DNA from: an uncultured Nitrososphaerota archaeon
GTDB lineage: Archaea; Thermoproteota; Nitrososphaeria; Nitrososphaerales; Gagatemarchaeaceae
Assembly: GCA_963703285.1 (NCBI GenBank)
Contig: OY969807.1
Location: 608,001 to 672,000, forward strand
DNA length: 64,000 nucleotides
Direction: 5' to 3'
Each line of letters starts with the position of its first letter. The first letter of the stretch is position 1. Shown here piece after piece: positions 1 through 9,754 of the stretch. The position numbers were made by a program, and so were the translations under genes. The notes beneath the pieces were generated by a model. It ran no database searches and had not been told where the DNA came from. It saw only the letters and a list, made by a program, of their open reading frames with translations.

Positions 1-2598
1 GGAGTTCAGGAACTGGTGGTAGTACGGGATGTTGGCGAGCACTTCGTTCGGTGCGTTGATAATCCAGGCCGCGTCGGCCGGATTCGCCGCCCACTGTTCA
101 TCCGGCTGTCCCGAGACGGCCGTGTTCACGTACGAGGTCGAGTTCCTCAAGATCCAGTAGGCGTCTGGTGTGCTCGTGGGCGCGAAGGAGGTAGATATCT
201 CGTTCCAGGGCGACGAGGCCGTGAGACTGTACGGGGTTGTCTCCGTGGCCGCCGCGACGGGCCTGAACTCTGAGACCCCTTCGAGCGTGGCTCCCAGCGC
301 GAGGTTGCCCGAGGGCGACGACGAGATGGTGTACCCCGAACCGGCCGAGACGGAGCACGCGCTCACGCACCCGGTGCTCAGCCCCGAGACTACTATGCTG
401 CCGACCGTGGGGGCGTATGACGCGACCGCGGCTAAGAGCGACGTTCCCGTGCCTATCTTCGATGTGGGCGCGGCGTTCTTGACGTTCTGCATCTCGTAGA
501 CCATGATGTCCGATGCCGCCGCCGCCTTCAGGTTGACGGTGATGGTGTCGGCACCGCTCGACGCCAGGTGCGCGTACCACATCTCGACGTCCCCGCCTGC
601 GACCGAGGCCTCGCTGGTCGACTTGGCGTAGCCCGTCAGCAGCGAATCGGTGATCGAGTTGACCGTAGATGTGGAGACGGAGGACATCACGACCACCGCG
701 AGCTCATCTCCCGAGACCACGTTGCTCGGCAGGGTTATCGAGCAGGATACTGCCGACGCGCAGCTCTTCGAGGCGAACTGGTAGACTCCGGCGCTGATGG
801 CAAGGGCGATGTTCTGCGTCGAGGGCGTGCCGGTCGTTGACACTGCGCTGGGCGCTGTGTTGTAGTGTATAGTGGGCGCAGTCGGGCTGCCACCACCATA
901 GACGGAGTAAACCGAAGGTTCTGAGAGAAGATCATAGTAGTAGTACCGCACGGTGACACCGTCCGAAGCGCCAAACGAGACCGCGCTGCACGGCGCGCTG
1001 GCCCCTTGGGTCCCGGCACCGTTGCCTATCGCCAAGCACCAGGCTTCCGTGGTGCTCGACCCGGAGGTCGTGGCAGAGATCGATACCAGAGTCTGGGAGA
1101 CAATGTTGGTAATCGTCAGGTACTGACCGTCGGAGAACGTGTATTGAGCGGTAACCTGAGTTGGGGAAGAACAAGACGGACTACAAGCCCAATACGTAAT
1201 CGTGTAGTAGTTGCTCGCTGTGACATTCTGCGTCTCTGTGAAGGGCGTCTGCTTGAACGCGTACTCGACAAGAGACAGCTGGACCGATACCGGCACCGCG
1301 CTTATGTCCAGGGTCGAGAAGCGCACGACCCCTCCGCTGTTCGTCCAGATGTAGGCCAGGGCGCTCCCATTGTCTCCCGATGTGGCGCTCAGGTCGTATC
1401 CTGAAACGACACTCTCGGTGTTCTCCGCTATGTATCGAGGGGGCGTTGCACTGCGTACCAACGTCCACACGAGAGTGGAAAGGGGCGCCGTGTCGTAGTA
1501 CACCGTAGCTCCGGACCCGAAAGCTAGCACCAGTGTAGACCCGCTGATAGACAGAGTGGGAACGAATGAGCTTCCCGCGTTTTCTACGGCTGTCTCTGGC
1601 GTCACGATCCCTCCCAGCGTGTAGGTGAAGAAGTTGGTGAATGTCGCCATCACACCTGCGACATAGATCGTCGTACCAGATACGACTGCAGAGAACTCAT
1701 AGACCTGATAGAACGTGCTGGCAGGACTGCTGGGGCCTGTCCAAGCAACGTACGATGAGCCGCTACTGACCAGGTAGTAGATATCGAGCGTGCCATATTG
1801 AGTACCAGCATTGGGATTGACGAAAAGCAAAGCCACATAATTCGTCACACCGGATGAGAGAGAAAGAAGGACCGGAGTGAGATACGTGCCACCGTTGCTG
1901 TTGAGAGCAAAGGTGCTGGAGCCGGATGCCGAACCCTGAGCCACCCAGTCTGACGGGGTTGCAGTGCAGGTGGAAAGCGCGGCTTGCTTGCAGGCCCAGG
2001 TCTCAACGAAGTAGTTGCTGGTTCCGGTATATATGGCGACCCAGGTGTAGCCGTTCCCGTCAACCGTTATTGAAGACGTTGTAAAACCGTTGACCGCATT
2101 CGCGAGATTGAATGTCCCACTCGTGTCTATCGTGACACCTCCGGTGGTAGGATTGACCGTGATTTCACCGAAATAAACGGCCTTCGCGCTGCTGGCAGGG
2201 GAAATCACCCAATAGATGTTGTCGCCTGCTTGGTATGCGTCAAATCCCCATCCATATGTCGTGAACCCGTTGGTCGTCAAGGTGGCCGGGGTAGACCACG
2301 TCTTGCCATCGAAGGAATACTGATATTCGATCCCTTTTACAGCGCTCCCGGTCGTGTAAAAGATCCACCAAGTGGTGTGGCCCAGACCCGTCGGCGTGCC
2401 GAAGACCTTCCTTTGGTCGGCAAACCCAGTAGCGTAGCTTGACCCGCTCGCAGGGTTCGTCGTGACTACTGCATGAGCCTGTTGCACGCCGAGCGCCACG
2501 GGCGCCGCGAACATCGCGATAATCGCGAGGGCAAGCACCAGCTTTCTGTCGGTTCTGAGTCTCCGGGAGAACCCGGGCCCGATGAGCTGGCCGGGCAT
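1..2598 (-). CDS. Large secreted/surface protein, partial (>866 aa, runs off left edge)
   Basis: Translated by hand. Open frame from ATG 2598 (alternative TTG 2613) to base 1 with no stop, so it is absent from the ORF track. Signal peptide RKLVLALAIIAMFAAPVALGVQQAHA, Asp-box-like YSFDGKTW, Ser/Thr/Tyr-rich beta sequence, ends ...IPYYHQFLNS. Confidence 0.85.
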   Translation of the reverse strand, partial: MPGQLIGPGFSRRLRTDRKLVLALAIIAMFAAPVALGVQQAHAVVTTNPASGSSYATGFADQRKVFGTPTGLGHTTWWIFYTTGSAVKGIEYQYSFDGKTWSTPATLTTNGFTTYGWGFDAYQAGDNIYWVISPASSAKAVYFGEITVNPTTGGVTIDTSGTFNLANAVNGFTTSSITVDGNGYTWVAIYTGTSNYFVETWACKQAALSTCTATPSDWVAQGSASGSSTFALNSNGGTYLTPVLLSLSSGVTNYVALLFVNPNAGTQYGTLDIYYLVSSGSSYVAWTGPSSPASTFYQVYEFSAVVSGTTIYVAGVMATFTNFFTYTLGGIVTPETAVENAGSSFVPTLSISGSTLVLAFGSGATVYYDTAPLSTLVWTLVRSATPPRYIAENTESVVSGYDLSATSGDNGSALAYIWTNSGGVVRFSTLDISAVPVSVQLSLVEYAFKQTPFTETQNVTASNYYTITYWACSPSCSSPTQVTAQYTFSDGQYLTITNIVSQTLVSISATTSGSSTTEAWCLAIGNGAGTQGASAPCSAVSFGASDGVTVRYYYYDLLSEPSVYSVYGGGSPTAPTIHYNTAPSAVSTTGTPSTQNIALAISAGVYQFASKSCASAVSCSITLPSNVVSGDELAVVVMSSVSTSTVNSITDSLLTGYAKSTSEASVAGGDVEMWYAHLASSGADTITVNLKAAAASDIMVYEMQNVKNAAPTSKIGTGTSLLAAVASYAPTVGSIVVSGLSTGCVSACSVSAGSGYTISSSPSGNLALGATLEGVSEFRPVAAATETTPYSLTASSPWNEISTSFAPTSTPDAYWILRNSTSYVNTAVSGQPDEQWAANPADAAWIINAPNEVLANIPYYHQFLNS

Positions 2599-2896
2599 GC
2601 CCCTGGCCGCCAACTTAGACCGACACCCCGACCCTGGCAAGGCCAAGCCCCAGGACGAAAGGAAGAGCAGCGATCAGGCTCGCATCCGCCAACTCGGCCG
2701 AGGGAAGCTTCTGGACGGCTCGAGGCGACAGCATCAGCGACGGGCTCGGCAAGGAAATCAAATCAAAGGAGACGGCCAGTCGCCTCATGACGACCCCCTT
2801 GGCAGGAGACGTCAGGCTTCGCCAGGGTAGCGCTTCAGGCATGATCATTGGCTTGCAAGCACCGTTCTCGGTATGAGTTACGCCTCCGGAATTGTG

Positions 2897-2904
2897 TTAT
2901 ATAA
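2897..2904 (-). promoter_or_regulatory. Putative TATA box (TTATATAA) for the leftward surface-protein gene
   Basis: Archaeal TATA consensus at the edge of an AT-rich island (2890-3010). Confidence 0.5.
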
Positions 2905-3233
2905 GATTAGTTCCAAGTTCGATTAGCGTGGATTTTCATGGGATTAATTCCCCATTTTATGCCTCTGGCGAATTAATATTAACGGATTATTAAAATAATA
3001 TTATTGGAATAACCCCGCTCAGATGAACAAGCAAGGGCGGTCGGTTGCGGGCGGGCGACAAGCGAAGCCGCTGCCAAAGGGTCTTGCGAAGTTCAGCTCC
3101 CAGGTCTAAACCGAGAAAGGCTATCATCGAGCGCAGAGGGGACTGAAGAGACCAGCCGGGCCGTCGGAGCCTGCCGCGCCTCACGCGTAGCGATGATTGA
3201 CCCGCGTGTCAACCAACACAACCACGAGTTGGT

Positions 3234-3247
3234 AAAATCTATATAAG
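3234..3247 (+). promoter_or_regulatory. Putative BRE/TATA for the pilus ATPase operon
   Basis: AAAATCTATATAAG upstream of the 3322/3388 start. Confidence 0.5.
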
Positions 3248-3387
3248 CATCTTATGGAGCCAAATGTTGATGCGGAAGTCGGTGGTGGCCATTATTTTGA
3301 ACTCTGCACCTCGTAGGAAAGGTGAATATGCGCCCTTGCTCATTGGAGACTCCGCAGCCGGCGCCTGAGCTGGCGCAGGGTGGTCAC

Positions 3388-4188
3388 ATGTCTAGTTCCT
3401 CGAAGAAGAAAAAGGGCACCCGGTCAAAGTCGACCATTAACGCACGAAAGGTCAGGAGGAAGCGCGTCAAGAAGCGGCAAGCGCAGAGCGCCCGGCCGGG
3501 GGAATCCCGGGCCGCGGTCCAAGATGAAGTGAAGACAACCCCAGATGGGAGTGCGATGCCGGAGAACGTCCAACCGGTGTCCCTGGAGGCCGAGCCGGTC
3601 CCCCAGCCTGTCATCAACACCTCCCTGCTGCCCGAAGAGGCCCCTAACATAGTCACCGGGTACGTCAGGCTGATTACCCTCGGAGTGTCTTTCTTCCTCG
3701 CGGTCTACCTAGGCCTGGAGGCGTTCTCCATATTCGTCTCTTTTCCCGCAAAGCTGCCGATTTCAACCCTCCTGATGAATTACGGTCACCTTTCTAGCAA
3801 TTCTGCGGCCTACGCCCTGGTCGGAATCGCGGTCGCCGAGGTTGCAGTGGTCCAGCTCTGGGCCTGGAGGACGAGGCAGTCCAGTGAATTCTATGAGGAG
3901 TTCGAGGAGGAGCCTCCGCAAGCTCCGGCGGTCGCTCCCGAGTCGGCTCCGACCTCGGCGCCAGTACTGGAGGCGCAGGCTCCCCCGGCGCACCCGCCCG
4001 CGGTCATCATCGTCCCGAGCGCCCCTGAGGCAATGCCGACACAGATCGCGCCAGAGCCTGTCCCGACAACCACGGTTCTCTCTGCAGACCCCGTTGTCCC
4101 GACCCTTCCGCTTCCTGCCCCTGAAGCCATCCCAGAGCACCCCAAGATTCGAGGCCATCCCGGTCAGTCAGCCGATGGCAGCACCTGA
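3388..4188 (+). CDS. Membrane protein (basic N-terminus, 2 TM, Pro-rich tail); probably the frameshifted N-terminus of the downstream ATPase
   Basis: Lys/Arg-rich start and two hydrophobic segments. The Pro/Ala/Glu linker continues with the same composition in the +1 frame at ~4130-4145. Confidence 0.65.
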   Translation: MSSSSKKKKGTRSKSTINARKVRRKRVKKRQAQSARPGESRAAVQDEVKTTPDGSAMPENVQPVSLEAEPVPQPVINTSLLPEEAPNIVTGYVRLITLGVSFFLAVYLGLEAFSIFVSFPAKLPISTLLMNYGHLSSNSAAYALVGIAVAEVAVVQLWAWRTRQSSEFYEEFEEEPPQAPAVAPESAPTSAPVLEAQAPPAHPPAVIIVPSAPEAMPTQIAPEPVPTTTVLSADPVVPTLPLPAPEAIPEHPKIRGHPGQSADGST

Positions 4189-7100
4189 GCCCACGCCCGC
4201 TCCACAGGGTGTGGTCCCCCCGCGCGTCGAGCAGGCGACTGCGACGGCTGCTGCCGCTCAGGTTACGGAACAGCAGGAGCAGAAATCGGGTCTGGTGTCG
4301 CAGTTCGAGTCGCAGGCTGCCAAGCAGGAGACGAAGGGCGGGGAGCTGGCCCGAGTGGATAGGCTACCCCCTGTCAGCGCCCCGAAGTCCGCGGAGCTCC
4401 GGAATCAGGAGCACACCGAGGCAGCGACTACCGGGGTCCATTCGACTCCCTTCGTCATGCGCTACCAGATTTACCCGGACCACCCCGAAGTCTACGTCGG
4501 AATCCAGAGGGACGAAGACACGGGAGGGTTCAGGTACGTCGTCGTCGAGCCGAAACTGACCATATGGGAGAAGCAGGTCTACCAGAAGCTGACGAGGCTG
4601 CTCATAGACGAGCTCGAGGTGGACATGGCCAAGCTGAAGAACAACAAGAGCGCAGAGGCGTACCTCGTCGAGGAGGCCAAGACCCTGGCGAAGAAGTACA
4701 AGATCAGCGTCGCGCCCGAGTCGTACAAGAAGATAGCCTACTACTTTACCAGGGACTACATCAAGCTCGGCAGGATCGAGGTCCTTATGAACGACCCGCG
4801 CATAGAGGACGTCAGTTGCGACGGGCCGAGGATCCCGCTCTTCATATGGCACAGGGACTACGAGTCGATCCCCACTAACATCATGTTCAACGGCGACGAG
4901 GAGCTCGACACCTTCGCGTCGAAGCTCGCCTACGTCTCGGGGAAGCACATCTCCATCGCCTCGCCTATAGTGGACGCCAGCCTCCCCGACGGGAGCAGGA
5001 TCCAGATCACCTACGGCAAGGAGATCACCAAGAAGGGGAGCACGTTCACCATAAGGAAGTTCAAGGGGGACCCGATCACGATCGTCGACCTTCTGAAGTA
5101 CAACACGCTGTCGCCTGACCTCGGCGCCTACCTCTGGTACCTGATAGAGAGGCGCATGTCGCTCCTGGTGGCCGGTGGTACGGCCTCGGGAAAAACAACG
5201 ACGTTGAACGCTCTCTCCATGTTCATCCCCCCCGACCAGAAGATAGTCTCGGTCGAGGACTCTGTGACCGCCGATTCGGAAATCCTCGTCTCCGAACGCG
5301 GCTCAATTCGCAAGGTCAAGATTGGTCCCTTCATCGACTCTTCCCTCGAGGCCTCCAAAGCGCTCACCGCGTTGGGACACGAGCTCGCGAAGCCGGACGA
5401 CCTCAAGGTCCTAACCGCAGATTCTACAGGCAGGGTGCTTTGGAGCGACTGCACCGCGCTCATCCGACACAAGGTGCACAAGGAGTTCATCAAGGTCAGG
5501 ACGCGCACGGGCAGGATGGTGGAAGTCACGGCCGACCATTCACTCTTCAGCTTGGACGAGAGGGGAGAGGTATCGAACATATCCGGACGAGACATCTCTG
5601 TCGGAACCTTCTTGGCGGTGCCACGGTCCATCCCTACCAGCAAAGCGGAGACGACCTTTGACCTCAGCACGCTCCCAGAGTATTCTGAATGCATCATCAA
5701 GGCATCGCCCGCCACGGATAGCGGTAGTCAACCACAGCTCAGGGTCTACGCGCAAAAGAGCTCGATGTCAATCCCGGCTCAGATTGCACTCGGCGAAGAT
5801 ATCGCCTTCCTCGCTGGGCTCTGGGTGGCCGACGGTTTCTACGGCAAGAGGACTGTCGGCTTCTCCGCCGGAGCAAAGGACATCGAGTCGAGGATACGGA
5901 ACGCCACGACAGCTCTCGGCCTCAACCTCACTCGGCATAGCGATGGGGTTTCGCTGCTCATTCATTCCCAGCCGCTCAAGACATTCTTCGAGAAGACGCT
6001 GGAGCTCATTGGGGATGACTATTCGAGGCACGTGCCGGATGTCTTCTTTGGCGCGCCGGACAACGTCGTCGCTTCGTTCCTGCGAGGTTACTTCACCGGA
6101 GACGGAAGCGTGGAAGCGAGCGAGGTCTACGTCGAATCCGCATCTATGCAGCTGCTGAGCGACATCCAGACGCTGCTGCTGAGATTCGGCATCATCCTCT
6201 CAGTCGGGAACAAACGAAAGATAGGAAGCCTGGGGGGACTCGGGACCTTCCGAGCGGCAATCGTCGGGACGACTCAGGTGTCAGCCTTCGCCAGGAAAGT
6301 CGGATTCGAACAAACCACCCAGATGCGGAAGATGTTCAAGAGGACGAAGACTTCGAAGTACTACCTTGACCCGGTCCCTCTCTGTGACTTGCTCATTGGA
6401 GAGGTCCAGTCGACCAAGAAGAGGATGAGATGGGGACAGAGAGATGCGCTCCGTCAGCGGCTGAATATGGGAGTCGCTAGACGAGTCGTCGCGCGGAAGA
6501 CGCTCTTGGACCTCGCCGAGGTGGACCCGGAGTTCAGGGGGAGCAAGGCGTACGCGCTCGCGACGAGCGAATTCTACTTCGACCGGGCGGTGGCGATAGA
6601 GCGCAGCAATCGCGAAGAGATGGTCTACGACCTCAGCGTCCCGGAGACGGGTCGGTTCATCGCCAACAACATCCTCTGCCACAACACCCCTGAGCTCAAC
6701 CTCTCGCACAAGAACTGGATTCAGTCGGTCTCGAGGGGAGGCGGCGTCGCCGGCGAGATCACGCTCTTCGACCTCCTCAAGGCTGCGATGCGCCAGCGCC
6801 CGGACATAATAATCGTCGGGGAGGTGAGGGGTGTGGAGGCGTTCACTCTCTTCCAGGCGATTGCCAGCGTCGCCGGCGACACGCCGGTGCTCGTTCGCGA
6901 GAAAGGGGAAGTGAGACTTAGGGCTATAGCCGACCTGGTCGATCCGTTCTACTCCGGAGAAGAGGAGAGGGTTCCTAAGCACGTCGATGGCCAGGAGGTC
7001 CTCTCGTTTGAGAAGAGCGGGGCTGTCTCCTTCAGCCCGGTGAAGTACGTGTTGAGGCACAAGGCGGATGAGATCTTCGCGCTGGCATACCCAGGGGGTC

Positions 7101-8821
7101 GCGTCCGGGCGACCGGCAGCCACTCGGTCTTCGTATTCGACACTAACGGCAAGGTGGTGACGAAGGCGGTCAGCGACGTCTCGACCGATGACGTGATGGT
7201 CAGCTTCTGCGGCTCTGAGATCGAGAGGAAGCGGCCTTCGGTCGATGTCGAGCAGATCCTGCGCGCGGTCCAGGGCCACAGAGTGATCACGGAGAAGCCC
7301 AGGCCGATATGCCCGCAGTGTGGCGCCTCCGCCGCGAGGCTGAAGGGAAGGATAGCGAATCACCAGAGGTACCAGTGTGGAAGCTGCCAAGGGACCTTCG
7401 TGGAGTCGCCGGAGCTGGTGTTCACCAACGCACTGCTTTCCGACGGCGCCTCCCTCGTCTCGTTCGAGAGGTCGCTTGCCCTGCCCAAGACAATGGAGGT
7501 CGACGAGCAGTTCGCGAGAGTCCTTGGAATCTATCTTGCGGACGGGTGCGTCAAGACCCACAAGGGGTCGAGCAGAATCGTGTTCTGCCTGGGGGCCGGA
7601 GAGAAGGCCCAGTTTGCCGGCGACGTGACCCGATTCTTCGGCCGGTTCGGCTCTGAACCGTCTGTGGACGACAGAGGGACGTACGTCATGCTGGAGTTCA
7701 ACCACAGCCCGCTGGCCGAGGTCTTCCGTGCCCTCTGCGGGGCCAAGCTCGAAGAGAAGAGGGTTCCCGCCTTTGTCTGGTCGGCCCCCGAATCGCTGGT
7801 TCACGCTTTCCTTTCAGGATGGGAGGCGGACGGCCACCGCACCGTGAAGGACAGAAGGTCGGTGCCCATCAGCTCGGCCAGAAAGGACCTGGTCGACTCC
7901 ATCTCGTGGCTTGCCAGGCTCAACTCCAGGACGACTTACATCTCCGAGAGGTCGTCCAAGTACCCCTCGGTGTACGTCTCGAAACCGCAGCATGACAGCA
8001 GGTCTGACTCCATCCCAGCGGGAATGCTGCTCAAGCTCAAGGAAGCCATGGGGTCGAAGGCGTGGATCTACATGCCGAAGAGGTCCAACAGGACGATATC
8101 CAAGACGAGAGCACAGAGAGCACTCCAGGAGATAATCGCGACGTCCACCAAGGAGATGACTTGGGAGGCCGCCCAGCTAGTCAGCTCCATCTCAGCCTTG
8201 ATAGGGGGGTCTCTGATCGCCTCTCGCGTGCTCGGTGTGGAGAAGGAGGAGTTCAACGGATACGTCTACGACATCTCGGTGCCAGGAACAGAGGCGTTCT
8301 TCGGCGGGGACTCTCCCGTCGCTCTCCACAACACTGGCCACGGCGGCCTCGGAACGGTCCACGCCGACTCCGTGGAGGCCGCCATCAACAGGCTGACGAC
8401 CGAGCCGATGAACGTCCCGAAGAGCCTCCTCGGCTCGACGCTCGACTGCCTCATCATGCAGCTAAGGATAAAGATGAAGGACAAGAGCGTCAGGCGCATG
8501 GTGCACGTCGCGGAGATTGTGGGCCACGAGTCCAGCTCGGACCAGATCGTGCTCAACAACGCTTTCAAGTGGGACCCCGTCACCGACAAGTACCTCTTCG
8601 CCGGGAGGAGCCGCCTCTTCGACAAGATCACAAAGCGGTACGGGACGACTCCCGAGAAGATAAGGCAGGACCTCGAGGACCGCAAGATATTCCTAACCTG
8701 GCTCGTCAAGAAGAACATCCGCGACTACAGGGACCTGTCCCAGCAGATCAGGGAGTTCTACTCCGACACCAATAAGGCAATAGACCGGGCGATGAGGGAC
8801 CTTGAGGAGCCCGGCGCTTGA
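4175..8821 (+). CDS. Type IV pilus assembly ATPase (FlaI/TadA/VirB11 family) with two inteins
   Basis: Walker A GGTASGKTT, Asp box VSVED|TPEL, Walker B RPDIIIVGEVRG, His box FQAIA|TGHGGLGTVHA. Followed by TadC-type genes. Confidence 0.95.
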   Translation: MAAPEPTPAPQGVVPPRVEQATATAAAAQVTEQQEQKSGLVSQFESQAAKQETKGGELARVDRLPPVSAPKSAELRNQEHTEAATTGVHSTPFVMRYQIYPDHPEVYVGIQRDEDTGGFRYVVVEPKLTIWEKQVYQKLTRLLIDELEVDMAKLKNNKSAEAYLVEEAKTLAKKYKISVAPESYKKIAYYFTRDYIKLGRIEVLMNDPRIEDVSCDGPRIPLFIWHRDYESIPTNIMFNGDEELDTFASKLAYVSGKHISIASPIVDASLPDGSRIQITYGKEITKKGSTFTIRKFKGDPITIVDLLKYNTLSPDLGAYLWYLIERRMSLLVAGGTASGKTTTLNALSMFIPPDQKIVSVEDSVTADSEILVSERGSIRKVKIGPFIDSSLEASKALTALGHELAKPDDLKVLTADSTGRVLWSDCTALIRHKVHKEFIKVRTRTGRMVEVTADHSLFSLDERGEVSNISGRDISVGTFLAVPRSIPTSKAETTFDLSTLPEYSECIIKASPATDSGSQPQLRVYAQKSSMSIPAQIALGEDIAFLAGLWVADGFYGKRTVGFSAGAKDIESRIRNATTALGLNLTRHSDGVSLLIHSQPLKTFFEKTLELIGDDYSRHVPDVFFGAPDNVVASFLRGYFTGDGSVEASEVYVESASMQLLSDIQTLLLRFGIILSVGNKRKIGSLGGLGTFRAAIVGTTQVSAFARKVGFEQTTQMRKMFKRTKTSKYYLDPVPLCDLLIGEVQSTKKRMRWGQRDALRQRLNMGVARRVVARKTLLDLAEVDPEFRGSKAYALATSEFYFDRAVAIERSNREEMVYDLSVPETGRFIANNILCHNTPELNLSHKNWIQSVSRGGGVAGEITLFDLLKAAMRQRPDIIIVGEVRGVEAFTLFQAIASVAGDTPVLVREKGEVRLRAIADLVDPFYSGEEERVPKHVDGQEVLSFEKSGAVSFSPVKYVLRHKADEIFALAYPGGRVRATGSHSVFVFDTNGKVVTKAVSDVSTDDVMVSFCGSEIERKRPSVDVEQILRAVQGHRVITEKPRPICPQCGASAARLKGRIANHQRYQCGSCQGTFVESPELVFTNALLSDGASLVSFERSLALPKTMEVDEQFARVLGIYLADGCVKTHKGSSRIVFCLGAGEKAQFAGDVTRFFGRFGSEPSVDDRGTYVMLEFNHSPLAEVFRALCGAKLEEKRVPAFVWSAPESLVHAFLSGWEADGHRTVKDRRSVPISSARKDLVDSISWLARLNSRTTYISERSSKYPSVYVSKPQHDSRSDSIPAGMLLKLKEAMGSKAWIYMPKRSNRTISKTRAQRALQEIIATSTKEMTWEAAQLVSSISALIGGSLIASRVLGVEKEEFNGYVYDISVPGTEAFFGGDSPVALHNTGHGGLGTVHADSVEAAINRLTTEPMNVPKSLLGSTLDCLIMQLRIKMKDKSVRRMVHVAEIVGHESSSDQIVLNNAFKWDPVTDKYLFAGRSRLFDKITKRYGTTPEKIRQDLEDRKIFLTWLVKKNIRDYRDLSQQIREFYSDTNKAIDRAMRDLEEPGA
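5261..6685 (+). mobile_element. Intein 1 (475 aa) with LAGLIDADG homing endonuclease
   Basis: Starts SVTADSEILV; block B VTADHSLF; motifs LAGLWVADG and FLRGYFTGDG; ends VYDLSV...ILCHN followed by Thr. Removal restores VSVEDTPEL. Confidence 0.95.
6866..8332 (+). mobile_element. Intein 2 (489 aa) with LAGLIDADG homing endonuclease and inserted C4 zinc ribbon
   Basis: Starts SVAGDTPVLV; block B ATGSHSVF; motifs LGIYLADG and FLSGWEADG; ends VYDISV...VALHN followed by Thr. Removal restores FQAIATGH. Confidence 0.95.
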
Positions 8822-9753
8822 AACCCCAGACCAGCAACAAAACCGCAAAGAGAGTCAAACCCAAGGCCGAGGGCGGGCTAGGGCGGGCATACTGGAGGTT
8901 CGCCTACTTCCATCTGGACAAGCACATGGGACGCCTCTACAAGGCCTGCATGTCGATCGAGCCGCAGATACGCAAGGGCGGGATGAGGCTGAGTTACCAG
9001 GCGTACCTCTGCGGGATGACCCTCACGACCATCATCGCGGGCGTCGTCGCCCTGGTGGTGGGACTGGTCCTCGACGCAACCGTGAGTTTCCCCATCGGCA
9101 CCAAGATCGGGCTGCCCATAGGATTGATGATCACAGCCGGGATAGCCTTCTTCGGATTCCAGTTCCTCAGGCCGAGGTTCAAACTGAACGGCAGGAAGCG
9201 ACAGATCGACGAGGAGCTCGCCTACGTCGTCAGCAGGATGGCCGTCCTCTCTGCGAGCGGGATGACTCCCGCGACGGTGATCAGGGAGATCGCCGCCGAC
9301 GACTCCAAAGAGACGATAGTCCAGGAGTTCAGAAAGATAGTGAGAGACCAGAACCTCCTGGGCATGGACCTGACACAGGCGCTCATAGAAGCGCGAAAGC
9401 GGTCCGCGTCCGACGAGTTCGCCGCCTTCCTCGATGGGATGATCTCCACCTCCAACTCGGGAGCCAGCATTCAGGACTACTTCGTCAAGTCGTCGAAGAC
9501 GCTGATGAACGACAAGAGGCTGAAGACCAAGCAGTTCTCGGAGACCCTGGGGGTGATAGCGGAGATGTACACGACGATACTCGTCGTCATGCCGCTCATC
9601 CTCATCATCCTCTTCGCCGTGATGGGTGTCATCTCAGGCAGCCTCGGAGGTATCAGCATAACCCTGCTCATCGAGCTCGTCGTCTACGTCATGGTGCCGA
9701 TAGGGGGCGCCGTCATAATGGTGATGGCGGACGGGATAATGCCCAAGAGATGA
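8818..9753 (+). CDS. Type II secretion F-family (TadC/FlaJ-like) pilus platform protein
   Basis: Overlaps the ATPase stop. Motifs IDEELAY..MAVLSASG and GMDLTQAL, multiple TM segments. Confidence 0.9.
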   Translation: MKPQTSNKTAKRVKPKAEGGLGRAYWRFAYFHLDKHMGRLYKACMSIEPQIRKGGMRLSYQAYLCGMTLTTIIAGVVALVVGLVLDATVSFPIGTKIGLPIGLMITAGIAFFGFQFLRPRFKLNGRKRQIDEELAYVVSRMAVLSASGMTPATVIREIAADDSKETIVQEFRKIVRDQNLLGMDLTQALIEARKRSASDEFAAFLDGMISTSNSGASIQDYFVKSSKTLMNDKRLKTKQFSETLGVIAEMYTTILVVMPLILIILFAVMGVISGSLGGISITLLIELVVYVMVPIGGAVIMVMADGIMPKR

Positions 9754-9754
9754 T

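Noticed and set aside
2615-2848. 77-aa ORF directly upstream of the large surface gene
   Set aside because: No recognisable motif. It could be a leader ORF, but sequence alone gives no support.
6281-7804. Long antisense ORFs (this 507-aa one and many similar)
   Set aside because: Shadow frames of GC-rich genes with strong third-position bias; no protein motifs.
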